64,000 bases of DNA from Octopus vulgaris (Eukaryota), in NCBI GenBank assembly GCA_951406725.2, contig OX597820.1:69750001-69814000 (forward strand). The letters run 5' to 3'. Positions within the stretch are counted from its first letter, which is position 1; every line of letters starts with the position of its first letter. Positions 1 to 12,504 of this stretch are shown here, one piece after another. Below the pieces are notes generated by a model. That model did not search any database. It saw nothing but the letters and a program-made list of their open reading frames with translations, and was not told the origin of the DNA. A program made the translations under genes and the position numbers.

Positions 1-191
1 AATGGATGTTATAATCGATAATTCTTTTATCGTTTAAAAACCAAATATGATTAGATAATTTTGTCGCTTTTCTTTTGTTCCGGTGCCTAAAACTCAAGGT
101 GTATATTGAATCCTGGCCTTGAAATTACCCTCATAAGGCCCACGTATTTCTTCGTCGAAACGGTGTCTTTTTTAGTGGTTATAGAGTTCCA

Positions 192-235
<44 letters not shown>

Positions 236-327
236 TTATATACACACACATACATACATACGCACACGTATAAGGAAATAAGAAAGAATGTGCATGAATA
301 TACCTAAACATACTTTTATGTATTTAC

Positions 328-487
328 CAGCCGAAATTGCGAGGATAATTCTGGTTCTTAATCAAGATAGAGAACTGCGAATGATCCGTTCTTGTTTTCT
401 TTGTATCGTCTATCTGGATGTTTTGTTGTCCTATTTTTGAATCACCTAGTTGTCCGGATGTTTTTATGCGTTCTTGTCCCATTTTGT
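328..487 (+). mobile_element. 5'-truncated copy of TA-embedded PLE-like terminal repeat (family E)
   Basis: CAGCCGAAATTGCGAGGATAATTCTGGTTCTT...CGAATGATCCGTTC...GCGTTCTTGTCCCA then (TA)n; homologous to 38550-38690 (+) and 50454-50917 (-). Confidence 0.7.
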
Positions 488-519
488 ATTATATATATAT
501 ATATATATATATATACATA

Positions 520-850
520 CATAGGGAGAGTTTACGAAAAAAACAAAATACGAAGACGGGTGGGTGTACAAAACAAAACAGATGTATTAGTATAACGCGC
601 GCAGGAATAGAAAAAGTCTTTTACGTTTCAAGCCTACGCTCTTCTACAGAAAGTGACATTACAGAAAAAAAAACAAGGAGAGAAACATGGAGAGAAAAAA
701 ATGTGTGTAGTGGCTTGGAACGATCTATCATATGTGCTTTGTGTGTGTGTATAATTATACGTGTGCCGTCGGTCATCTGCGCACTTTCGTTGTGTTTAAA
801 GTCTTTGAAATTGTATTTGTTTGTGTCCACGTCTCACCCTTCCTTCCCTA
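520..850 (-). mobile_element. PLE-like terminal fragment next to (TA)n carrying a hammerhead-like motif
   Basis: Starts at a TA microsatellite; minus strand 657-616 reads CUUU CUGUAGAA GAGC GUAG GCUU GAAA CGUA AAAG; GAGAGAAAAAAATGTGT is also seen near 50895-50911. Confidence 0.5.
616..657 (-). ncRNA. candidate variant minimal type I hammerhead ribozyme
   Basis: Stem I CUUU/AAAG, core CUGUAGAA, stem II GAGC/GCUU, GAAA, zero-loop palindromic stem III ACGU, GUA cleavage triplet. Confidence 0.4.
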
Positions 851-1195
851 TCTCTCTCTCATATTTGCACGTATATATTCATGTGTGTGTGTAATATATA
901 TGATAACTGCGATCACACAGTCCAAAACAAATGGTTTCAGACCCACACTAACGTGTGAAAATATATGTCTCTCTCTCACATACACACGGGCACGCATACA
1001 CACATCACATACACACACACACATACACATACTCTCTCTTTCTCTCTGTCTTCCTCTGTCTATCCTGTCTGTCCGTCTATCTGTCTGTCTCTCTTGCACA
1101 CTTACGCACCCATTCACCAACAAGCACACGTATACATACACGTATAAATAACGGTGTGTATATGCTTTTGTGCGCGTATGTATATACACATATAT

Positions 1196-1278
<83 letters not shown>

Positions 1279-2299
1279 TTACATGTTTATTTATATTTTA
1301 TATGCATCACTTTCATCACAACTCAGGTGGAATCATTTTATAGCGACTCCTTACGCTGCGGACTTAGTTCTAGACATAATCTCCGGCATGTAAGCCCAAA
1401 TTGTTAGAGCTCTATTTAGTGTTGTCTATATTGAGCTTCCCTAGATATTTACCTGTTGACAAGGTACATGATTAAACGTAAATGTGCGTTGGTGTGCATG
1501 TGCATATGTATGTATGATGCATGTCTTTATGTGTATATGTTAGCATTAAAGTCTCATAATTCTGTCGTTCACTGAAATATCGTAGGAGCGTTTAGAACAT
1601 TTTGATGCATGAGAAACTGTTGCTAAGTATACTACGCGTGTAAATATGGCTTCCTAGAACATGTGTGCAGAATTCTAACGAACTGGATAAGTCTTATTAA
1701 AATGAAAGACGAGACTATTTCATATTTTTATCTATAGCCATTAACATCTGATCCATTTTATATATATTTCCAAACATATCCAGAGTTGAACTTAGTCACT
1801 GGGAAGAGTAATGGTCATTAACAAATAAAACAGAAGCAGTTTTATTTCGTCAGTATATATTCATTTCATTTTACGGTCTTTCATCGCATCAGCTAAATAT
1901 GTTGACACTAACTTAACTCGTTACCAGTTTCTTTTCATGGGTAATACATCATTACACTATATTTTCGAAAGAATTTTAATTTCTTTACTAGGTTATCATA
2001 TATGGGATATTTTAGGTTTATTGCGCGACTGGTTCATCAGTTCTTTTTCATCTGGTTTTCGTTTGCTTTACTGATTCTGTTGCTATTTGTGCAAATATTT
2101 CATTGTTGCGTAGAAAATGTATCATGCCCATCACTTTCGATGAAGAGAAGTTCAAATATATATTATAGCAGACTGATATTATAGGAAAATAAAAGCTAAA
2201 TGATAACCTTTTTCATCCACTTTACAGGGATAAAAGACAAACTAAAACCAAAACTGTAATATTGCATGCTGAAGTGTAGAAATTATATATATATATATA

Positions 2300-2532
2300 T
2301 AGTCACCTATCACGAAAAAGTGTAAAGAAGCAATACTAAATTCCCTGAACAAGGTATAAACAGTAGCCGCACGGACAATGTAGCATATTTGCCACTTAAT
2401 GTGGCTAACCTCTAAGGGTGGATGCTACTGTAGCTTGTGTCTCCAGGAGAACATCTTCCAGCTGTCGATTGACACACTTTTTGTGCTCTATGAGTATTTG
2501 CAAAGGAAAGCCACATTTAAGTGGCAAATATA

Positions 2533-2536
<4 letters not shown>
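2300..2536. mobile_element. TA-flanked module with internal 22-bp inverted repeat
   Basis: ATATTTGCCACTTAATGTGGCT (2385-2406) is the reverse complement (1 indel) of AGCCACATTTAAGTGGCAAATAT (2509-2531); (TA)n on both sides. Confidence 0.45.
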
Positions 2537-2585
<49 letters not shown>

Positions 2586-3434
2586 TATATTCACATATAT
2601 GTATATAAATGCATAGGTACAGAAGGAAAAAAGAGAGATTAGCTGACAAGTAGAAAGTTCCAGCGTTTGCATAAAGGAACGCATCCAAATATTTAGAGGT
2701 GTAAAGGAGAACATATGTCAGATGTCACATATATTTCCAAGAGGCAGTGGGAATTTTCCAGCAGTTACAATTATTCAGATATAATTCAAACACATTTCGT
2801 TTCCTGCAGCATTGTATTTTCGATTTGGAATTACTATAATAATTACATCTGTCACAAAAATATCAATGATAGTTGTAAACGTTTATAATTTACAAACAAA
2901 ATTTTAATATGTTTTAAACCTATCAAAATGAATATAAAGAAATAGAGTTTTCGAGAAATATTTTCTCCTGAAGAGTATTAAAAATGATGTGTCACTACGA
3001 TGTTATTGCATTCGCCTTAGGATGAGAAAATGATGAATACAACTGTTACACAGAATATCTACTAATGTCCATGAGCGTTTATGCTCAAAATACTTAGCAA
3101 AAATACTTATGGCAAATTTAAAGTAATTCGAAACATAACAGGCATGTATCGGATGTGTTCAAATTTATTTCACGTTTGCTTCATCAATTCCAGTATAATT
3201 TGTACACGTTCAGTTTCCGTACAAATTTTTCTCACTCACGCTGTTAAAAGGTCGCAGTTTCGTTTGAAAGAGTTGAGGGATCGAAGAATTAGTGTATATT
3301 TGCATTCGAATTGCATATATATTGAAATAATGACCAAAAGCATGCTCCATGTTTCCGAGTGATTTTTCTGTAATATAGTATTTATGCGTATCTTCATAAC
3401 TAATACGAGTCTTTTAATATATATGTATGTATAT

Positions 3435-3665
3435 AAGGCGGTGAGCTGGTAGAATCGTTAACGCGCCGGGCGAAATGCTTAGCGGTATTTTTCTGTCTGT
3501 CGTTACGTTCTGAGTTCAAGTTCCGCCGAGGTAGACTTTTATTTTCATCCTCTCGGGGTCGATAAATAAAGTACCAGTTTCGCACTGGTTCGATGTAATC
3601 GACTTAATCCTCGGTTCGTCCCTGTTTGTCCCCTCTATGTTTAGCCCCTGTGGGTAGTAAAGAAA
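3435..3665 (+). mobile_element. SINE family B, monomer
   Basis: AAGGCGGTGAGCTGG head, B-box-like GAGTTCAAGTTCC, central TTTCATCCTCTCGGGGTCGATAAATAAAGTACCAG domain, tail ...GGGTAGTAAAGAAAT; more than 10 homologues in window. Confidence 0.9.
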
Positions 3666-4485
3666 TATATATAAAAATATATACATATGTGTGTATGCAT
3701 ACATATATATATAAACACACGAATACATATATGTATGTGTGAGTGCACACGTGCGAATGTGCGGCTGTACATGAGTGTGTTTGTGTGTGTGTGTATATAT
3801 ATATATATATGTGTGTGAGCATAAAATACAAACGACAAAATGATCAAAAAGCTTCGTTTTGTCAGGCACTTTTGATGCATGTTATGAAATTCAGCAAACA
3901 ATGTCTAACTCGTTTAACTGTCTCGTGAAACGGCTCAGCAAAGGAAGACAAGAAAAAATTTTCAGATACACATTTACTGATAAAAAATGATTGGAATTGT
4001 AATTCTTCCGGTTTGAATCACACAAATAGCACAAACAATAACTCGCAGACACACACAAGAGTCTTCTATATATAGAATATTTATATATGCGCGTATGTAT
4101 GCTAAATATATGTTTACATACGTTTAAATTTATAAAACGTACGTATATGTAAAGAAGTATTTTTAAACATATTTTAGTTATATAGTTATACATACATATA
4201 TATATGTTATACTTACATATGCATATATATACTGATGTATATATTTATGTATGAATGGATTTATGTGTTATGCATAGCTTGCATATATGTAAGTTCGCCT
4301 TGTCCAATGTATTTTTTAAATTACGTATAAACAATCTCTCATGGGTAGTTTTCTTCTCTCCCATCTGTTCCTGTTGCCTTTCTTTCATATTTACTCTCTG
4401 TCTCTCACCATGTACACACACACATACACACACACACATATGTATACATATACATGTATATATATTTACATATGTATGCATGTAT

Positions 4486-4527
<42 letters not shown>

Positions 4528-4812
4528 ATGCATGCATGTATGTACGTACACATGTATGTATGTATGTGAATGCATGTATGTATGTATGCATATATATATA
4601 TGTATGTATGTATGCATTTATGTATGTATGTGTGCGTGATTCAATGCACAGAGATCTGTGATGCTGACACGAGGTCATTCTTGCTGGCACATTACTAATA
4701 CCACAACGTGAAATCAAAGCGAAAGAATAAACAAAAAAAATGTTGTCAGAAGAGAGGTGTCAGCTTAAGTTTGATTTTAATTCGTAAATTACTTACAGGA
4801 ACTGTCAAAGCT

Positions 4813-4859
4813 TAACAGTGCCAACAAACCCAAATAACAGTGCCAACAAACCCAAATAA
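4813..4859 (+). repeat. 22-bp perfect tandem duplication
   Basis: TAACAGTGCCAACAAACCCAAA x2. Confidence 0.9.
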
Positions 4860-5258
4860 GCAAGTGAAGAATTTCTGTTCTCCCCTTTCCACCAGCGTGG
4901 GTTAAAATCATCAAACGCTATGCTTATTTCGGTAAAATCCGAAGCATTAATTAGAGGGAGATTAATTATAATTTCAACAATTGAGGGTAAAATTAATTAA
5001 TTATTAATCAATTTCACCAAGTGTTCAGTATGCAAAGGGACCGTTTAAGGCGAATTCAAATTATTACATTATATAAAAGGGCTTAGTAAAATAAATTACT
5101 TTGCCGCATACTGAACTCATTAGAAATAGCAGCTAAAAAACTTTTTTAAAGCTATTTCTAATACTTAAAGAAAATCTCTCTCATATATAGTGTTTGCTTG
5201 ATTCAACTCACAAAAGTTTGGGGGTAAGGACATTAAAAATTCAAATGCTAAGGTTATT

Positions 5259-5310
5259 TGAGAACGTACGTTTCAAGATTAGTCAAAACAACACTTCTAT
5301 CTTCAGCTCA
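5259..5310 (-). ncRNA. candidate type I hammerhead ribozyme (minus copy)
   Basis: Exact reverse complement of 5396-5447. Confidence 0.55.
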
Positions 5311-5395
5311 GAAACTCCTTGGTTTGGATTTGGTTTGGATTTGGAAACACTGAAAGTAAGAACATACCCTTTCCAAATCCAAACCAAGGAGTTTC

Positions 5396-5447
5396 TGAGC
5401 TGAAGATAGAAGTGTTGTTTTGACTAATCTTGAAACGTACGTTCTCA
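5396..5447 (+). ncRNA. candidate type I hammerhead ribozyme (plus copy)
   Basis: UGAG CUGAAGA (5400-5406) stem II GAAA (5432-5435) CGUACG UU CUCA; stem I UGAG/CUCA, palindromic stem III, GUU site; first stem II pair is U.U. Confidence 0.55.
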
Positions 5448-5654
5448 AATGAGTTCTAATGAGTTCAGTATGCGGCAAAGTAATTTATTTTACTTAGCCC
5501 TTTTATATAATATAAATATATATATATATATACGTATATACACACACACACATATATATATATATGTGTGTGTGAGTATGCGTGCGAGTCTCTGTGTTTG
5601 TGTGAGTATGTGTATGTACGTGTGTGTATGCATGAACGCGCGTGTGTATGAAGT

Positions 5655-5830
5655 CTCGCGGTCTAGTGGTTTGGGTATTGCACTCGTTATCGCTAGATAA
5701 TATGTTCAACTCCTGGACCGGACGGCGCGTTGTGTTCTTGGACGAAACATTTCACTTGATGTTGCTCCACTTCACAGCTGTAGATGGGTAAATCTGTGAC
5801 AGAATGGCCTTCTGCTCGAGGGAATTGTTG
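5655..5830 (+). mobile_element. old tRNA-derived SINE (family D, CORE-like)
   Basis: A-box-like GGTCTAGTGG, B-box-like GTTCAACTCC, then TTGTGTTCTTGGACGAAACATTTCAC...GTTGCTCCA; similar to 26063-26210 and 44970-45085. Confidence 0.6.
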
Positions 5831-5989
5831 GCCAGGTGGCTTAGCGTGCAGGGCAGCATCAAGCATTATTCGAAGGTTAGAACAGTGCGAAGTGGATTGT
5901 GACAAGTAATGTATAACATCTGGTAGTTTGGTCGATATCGTCTCTATATATCCATATATATATATAGTAGAAATATATATATATATATA

Positions 5990-6132
<143 letters not shown>

Positions 6133-6133
6133 C

Positions 6134-6286
6134 AACAATTGTAGCGTGGAAGGTGTTTATAAGCCATTTAAGAAACACACTTTTGTGTGTTTCTTAAATG
6201 GCTTATAAACACCTTCCACGCTGCAATTGTTTTCGTTTCAGCACACGATCTCAGATCAAATTACTTGCTATGCGAGTACATCTCCC
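6134..6286. mobile_element. TA-embedded fold-back element (family F)
   Basis: 47-bp inverted arms 6134-6180/6185-6231 (1 mismatch, TTTT loop) then CAGCACACGATCTCAGATCAAATTACTTGCTATGCGAGTACATCTCC; second copy at 55026-55142. Confidence 0.8.
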
Positions 6287-6499
6287 TATATATATATGCA
6301 TGTATATATATTTGCATATATATACAAACATACATAAATATATAGACTCGTATGGACATGCGCATAAAGGTGATGTAATCTGGGTTATAATTTTTTTTAT
6401 AAAATGAAATTACAAGAAATGCTATTCCTCCGAGTTTTATGTTTTACCGATTTTCAAGTAATAAAATTAATAATGGTCGTTATCTACATGTAAACAATA

Positions 6500-6890
6500 T
6501 AAATGATTTTCATGCCGTCAGAGCGCGGCACAGCATCATTAACTGTATACAAGTTTGCCAAAAAGTCATGGTATATGGAAAATAACAACCTTGAAAACTG
6601 TAAATTACATTGAAAGATATGACATACCAAATATTATAACCAATGTAACGATGGTTGTAATTTTTGCTTTTCAGAAAAGATGAATGCATTGACTACAAAA
6701 ACTCGATCTTAAATACTGGTTCAAAATGTATACATATATTTTAATTTCTTGTGAATGGAAAGTTAAACTGTTTATCTACAATCAAAATGTATCAAATATT
6801 TTCTACAAATAATGTGCGTCGAATGCCGTTTGCTCTTTCGTCACAGATAGAAATGCCCTGCGGATGTACGGCAGACGAGACTCACACATT
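6500..6890 (+). pseudogene. highly decayed PLE endonuclease C-terminus plus 3' UTR
   Basis: Pieced translation TSLPK..SWYMENNN..KLH*KI..KYYNQCNDGCNFCFSEK....SKCIH resembles the W.I..YN..CxLCxxEK..KCxH tail of some PLE ORFs; decayed CTGCGGA..GAGAC motif at 6858-6881. Confidence 0.45.
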
Positions 6891-7639
6891 ATTGTCACAC
6901 ACTTTAATTATATGAAAATGTTTTGTGAAATAAAATGCATACAATTTTTTTTCTTTTTTCTTATCCTGCATATAAATGCTGGATTACATTATTCCTTGTT
7001 TAATTACTTGAAAATTAGTAAAATATTGAAGTCAGAGCCGAAATATATGTAACTAAAAATTTCTGATATATTCTATCCCACCGCAGTTTGTTCTTTGCAT
7101 CTCTGAATTGTTTACACTTTCCAGTAATTCCTCTCTCTCTGTTGATTCTGAATATGAAATAAATCAGCTGAAAATTTAAACAGAAACCGTCGAATATTTC
7201 GATAAAGGTTATAGCCATATCTTCCAAACAGTAATGTATCAATAAGCCGAATCAACAAACTGAAGAATTTTATTTACTAACAGATTTTGTTTGCATATCA
7301 ACTTCTCTTTTAAAACTTAGAAATATCCATCGCAAAATTAGGTGTAAGAATGTTTCGAGTAGAAGCTTTTCAAACTGATTAAAAGAATGAGATCTCTAAA
7401 GATAGTCGACTTACAATAGCCAACAAAATTTTTAAGTATATAAAAACGTTTCATAATACGCAAAAATATTCTCCATCCAAACAAATGGAGAATTTACATG
7501 TAACTAAAAGTGATACACATATGTTTTTATCTTATATTGTTATTAATGTAAAAACAACTCCGTTAATTTTAAAACTAATTTAATAACTACAAGTTTAGAT
7601 GTACATGATAAGAATAAATTATTAGACTACCGTAAAGCT

Positions 7640-7800
7640 TACATTACATCCTTCGCCATAGCGTGGTTCACATATCGCGCACTCATTACATCACGATTCA
7701 CCTATTGCGCAGTCAGTGCATCGCGGATTTTTCTGACTGATATATGTAAGTTTATATCACGGTCTCCTCAGTATATTCGGGTTTCTTCGGCCGATCGGTA
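7640..7800 (+). mobile_element. pogo/Tigger-like MITE end fragment
   Basis: TACAT..CCTTCGCCATAGCGTGGTTCACATATCGCGCACTCA..ATCGCGGATTTTT, with repeated subterminal TCGCG motifs typical of pogo/Tigger ends. Confidence 0.45.
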
Positions 7801-7802
7801 TA

Positions 7803-8222
7803 CTTTTACTCTCTTTTTACTCTTTTTACTTGTTTCAGTCATTTGACTGCGGCCATGCTGGAGCACCGCCTTTAGTCGAGCAAATCGACCCCGGGACTTA
7901 TTCTTTGTAAGCCCAGTACTTATTCTAGCGGTCTCTTTTGCCGAACCGCTAAGTTACGGGGACGTAAACACACCAGCATCGGTTGTCAAGCAATGCTAGG
8001 GGAACAAACACAGACACACAAACATATTCACACACACTTATATATATATACATATATACGACAGGCTTCTTTCAGTTTCTGTCTACCAAATCCACTCACA
8101 AGGCATTGGTCGGCCCGGGGCTATAGCAGAAGACACGTGCCCAAGATGCCACGCAGTGGGACTGAACCCGGAACCATGTGGTTGGTTAGCAAGCTACTTA
8201 CCAAACAGCCACTCCTGTGCCT
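7803..8222 (-). mobile_element. SINE family A, full-length bipartite copy
   Basis: Minus strand has tRNA-like head GGAGTGGCTGTTTGGTAAG...GGTTCAGTCCC, CORE-like TTGGGCACGTGTC, internal TA/TG microsatellite, 3' module and (GTAAAAGA)n tail. Confidence 0.92.
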
Positions 8223-9559
8223 ATATTTATATATTTTTAGATTTTAATTATTTCTGTGGGAGGTTTTGGAACATAACGCCCGCTATATTCAAGAGATTAC
8301 TGTACATCAAATTACAATTAAGGATCACAGCTAAACTTTATTTAAAATACTTTTTTCTTCCTTTTTGTTCATATTAATAAGTACAATTAAATTTCAGTTA
8401 GGTATGGTAAATATCGATTCATAGACAATATTACTCTTCGAAGTAAACAAATAACCAATCTGTCATTCTGAAATACCAGCAGTTCTCTTATTATTTGGTC
8501 CAGTAGCATTACCAGATCGCAAATACCTAAGCGGAACCTCGAATGATTTTGTTTTAAGTATTCCAATCATGTCGCTGTTACTGGAACTATTTCTCCCATC
8601 CTTTTGTTTTGTATCGGACACATGAACGTGGTGATGATAGGTGCGGCACTTCAGCCATGCAGTAAGTGTAGGTAATGAAATGTTTTACTATTTATTTGTT
8701 AGGATTCACTATATCATTTCCCCATAATTTGCGGCTTTGCACATATTTTAAAAATGAACATAGAGATATTGGTGTATTTATATTCATAATGGTTCATAAT
8801 AGCAATTTATATCAGGAAGAAAGTCTATAAAATATGAGACGGATTGTACTTCTCTTGAAGCATTGTTTGTTATATCAGAGAACAAAAGGAATAATGTGGA
8901 GCGTTTCTTATAATGCAAAAGCAAAGAGATAGAAGGATTGTTCGGTAGACTTTGCGAAAACGATTTTTCATCGTTAGCAGATATAAGTATCAACCAGAAA
9001 ACATTCTTGCTCGCTGAAAGCGTAAATACAGCCAGCTACTTAGGCTAGACTTAAAGTTCCGGTTACATCTAGTTGTCGAGACACACTATTTCGAATCAGC
9101 CAGAATGTCGCAGAATGCCGTGAACCATTGAAACATGTGTATTAATTACACTGTTGTCTAAATAGAAGTTATTCACCTGAGACACACATTGCAGTGTTCG
9201 GAATAAATACTTTGTTAAGAATAAATAGGTAAATATGCATTCAGGGAAAGACAATTCTTCTTCTAATCGAACCAGAAACAATTTGGAATCTAATAATTCG
9301 CTGACTGCTTCCCTCTGCAGATAGGTTAATCAACCGAAATATACGAGGAATTAATAAATTATTAAATCTCACTTTGTGAGATTTTCGCATTCTTTCTTTA
9401 TTGTTTTGGTAAAATATGATGATATCTGACTGAAATTATGACTAACAGTCCTAAAGTGCAATGTGTTTATATAGATATATAGATATATATTTGGGAGGGT
9501 GGTTGGGGGTTGTGTCTGTGTGCGAGTGTGTGTCTGTGCACACACACACACAGACACAG

Positions 9560-9603
<44 letters not shown>

Positions 9604-9627
9604 TTGTATATATGTATAATATATGGA

Positions 9628-9703
9628 GAGAAGAAGAAGGGGGAGGGGGAAGAGGAGGAGGAGGAGAAGAAGAAGAAGAAGAAGAAGAAGAAGAAGAAGA
9701 AGA
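9628..9703. repeat. (GAA)n/(GAG)n microsatellite
   Basis: Purine triplet run after CA and TA runs. Confidence 0.95.
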
Positions 9704-11621
9704 ATTTACTAGAGCTCACAGTTAGCTCCTCGCCTGGTGTTTGGCTACCGAGAAAGCTCGTGATTAAGTCTACCATGTAGCATTTCTGTCGTTCTGAAAA
9801 TTCGGTTATTGCAATGGTGGGGAGCATGTATAAGAACGGACTAGATAAGAGGACTGAAGTGAGAGAGCAGATGTTAATTCCATTAGTTGACAGCTGTTTC
9901 GTAATCTCTGTTAGCTGCATAAGCAATGATATATCATAATATGAGTGAATGCATATGGACATATATATATACACTCATAAATACATTAAATGTCAAGTTA
10001 ATAGACCAGCCTTTGCTGTAACTAGCATATGGTCTCACAGGTAATAAATGTATTCGACAGATTAATAATATTAGAATTACCGTACGTGGAGTTCATCAAT
10101 GATAGTGATAGTATATACACGCAAATCCAGAAGTAAATATTATAAAGCAAATATTATAAAAGTGAATGTTATGAAATCAAAAACATAATATATAAAATAA
10201 GATTTATTTTCCAAATATTTGGTTGACCATCTTGTAGTATTTAGATGAATAAACCATTGGATAGAAAGTATAGAATAAGATAGATAAATGAATAAACAAG
10301 AAAATAGTTGTAATCAAATAAAGTGTGAGAAACAAATCTAGAAGTTAAATAAGGGGGGTAACTCGTAGTGAACTAGTAGTATCATTTGCACCTTAAAGGG
10401 CCAACGTTTCATTTGTGGACATCTGAATTTATGAAATTAAAGATATATAGTAATAATATTTAATATTACTATCTCGCCAATGAAAATCAACCCAGACCGG
10501 ACTGAAACTAGGCAAACGCAACATGGTACAGGTACAGATATATAGAAAAATAGGAGTTATGCTATTTGGAGCGGCTGACCTACTGGGGTTGAATAGTAAT
10601 AGTAATATTAATAGTGCATTTAGGTTAAAGTTACTAAATTCATTTTCGGTATTGTGTAGGAAGGACCTACGATACATGTGTGGACATCATAAAGTTAAAT
10701 CATCTCGTTGGTAGAAGAGAATTGATTTACACTTAATTATTTATTAAGTCTCGGATATATACAAGTCATATTATTAGTAACTCTCTTCTCTTCTGCTTTT
10801 CATACAATGGACGGAGCAATTTCATACCTAACCTCTTTATCAGTAAACATCTACAGAGCACAAGCGACAGATGTGGGATAAACAATACTGGTAGATATCA
10901 AGAATAAAGATATGATTATCTTCGTCCAAATTATTTGTTGTTTCTTTTATATATATATATTCGTTGCGTCCTGCAACATTTGAAAAGGTTGCAAAATGTA
11001 ACGAAATTTTTTGGAAAAGTAAATAAGTAAATGAGTGAAAATAAGTAGATGAGTGTGTTAAATAATAAGAAAACTTCAAAATATGCGTAAACACACGAAG
11101 TCACATAAAGAATCTTGCAAACCAAATCCAAAAACGAAATATAAATATGTACGCACGCGTGCGTGTGTGTGTGTGTGTGTGTGTAAAAAGGTTGAATTAG
11201 ATTCGTCTTTTAATTAGGAGGTTTCCCAAAAATATTTCTCATATTGATACTTCATATTTTGCTGGTAGTTTACGGGCGTAAATTTTTGCGAATATGAAAA
11301 TAATATTTGCATATGATGTATTGTGAATTTATGGAAAGAAATCCTATAAAACTCAACAATTTTGTTAGAAATGGATAGAGAAGATGTTAAAATATATAAG
11401 AGAATTTTAATTCATGCAGACGAAAGTTTCGTACAGAGATATAAAAGTCATGAAAATTCATGGTTGACTTAAATTATTTAAATTAATTATATATCACTGT
11501 ACTCTTCAGTGCAAGAAATAGAAACAAATTTTTTACAAGGGACTTGAGAAAGGAAATGGCAGAATAGAATCTAGGAGATTCTTATTTATCCTAATGAGAA
11601 AAAGAGAAAAACAGATAAAGA

Positions 11622-11676
<55 letters not shown>

Positions 11677-12344
11677 GCGTAATGGAATAGGGATTTGAAA
11701 TACGGGCTGGTTCCGTATTAGCGCTCTTATATAATACAGATCTGGCTAACTTCATTTTAATGATGGAATATATAGAATTGTTTGAAATAAATAATTAAAT
11801 GCTGCTTTACTCGATAGTTAGATCCTGATTTCGCTCACTGGATTTCCAAAATCATATAGGGTATATAATCAAGACATCTTAAAGGAGAATGTAAAATTTA
11901 GACATCTTCAAACTTTATTCATTACAGAATGATTCTCATTAAATTCCATCCGACACGTGTTTCTAATGGATTGGAGTCCTAATGACTTTGATGTGGAATT
12001 TATGGGCATTCAGTTGATTCAGTTGTAGTATCCACGGTAGATATTCCTATGCAGCAATGTTTACCTTGGGTTAGGTATCTTGTTTGACGAAAAATCCTTC
12101 ATACAAAAATTATATGTGTGAGTATATATAAAAATATGCATATCTGTATGTGCACGTACAAGTTTATATGTATAAATTTGTATATGCACATATGTAACTA
12201 TATGTGTGTATGTATGTACGTATGAGTATATATACATATATATATATATATACATATATACACATACATATATGTGTGTGTGGGTATGTATGAATGTATG
12301 AGTATATATATATACACACACACTCATACAAACGAATAAAGTGA

Positions 12345-12504
12345 GTTTCTGTTTCTTTAACCAAATTCCATTCATAAGTTACTCAGCAACCCGAGGCTAT
12401 AGAAGTTACACGCCTAAGGTATCGTGCAGGAGTAGTGGTAGTAGTAGACTAGAAGTACGTGTTTGTAAAATGCAGTTTTTAACTGCACAGACATAAACGT
12501 GCCT
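12345..12504 (-). mobile_element. degenerate SINE family A head
   Basis: ACCAAATTCCATTCATAAG..CCCGAGGCTATAG..CCTAAGGT..GTGCCT aligns loosely to the family A 5' half. Confidence 0.5.

Larger units (their letters stand above)
4945..5511 (-). mobile_element. PLE-like terminal region with partial inverted duplication
   Basis: Nested inverted arms 5068-5125/5454-5511 and 5256-5333/5373-5450; hammerhead motif in the inner arm; abuts (TA)n. Confidence 0.65.

Noticed and set aside
130-175. CTCATAA GGC..GTC GAAAC GGT GTC hammerhead-like spacing
   Set aside because: Two core mismatches and no stem I pairing next to the core
9510-9725. Poly-E / poly-K / poly-F ORFs
   Set aside because: Translations of a (GAA)n microsatellite
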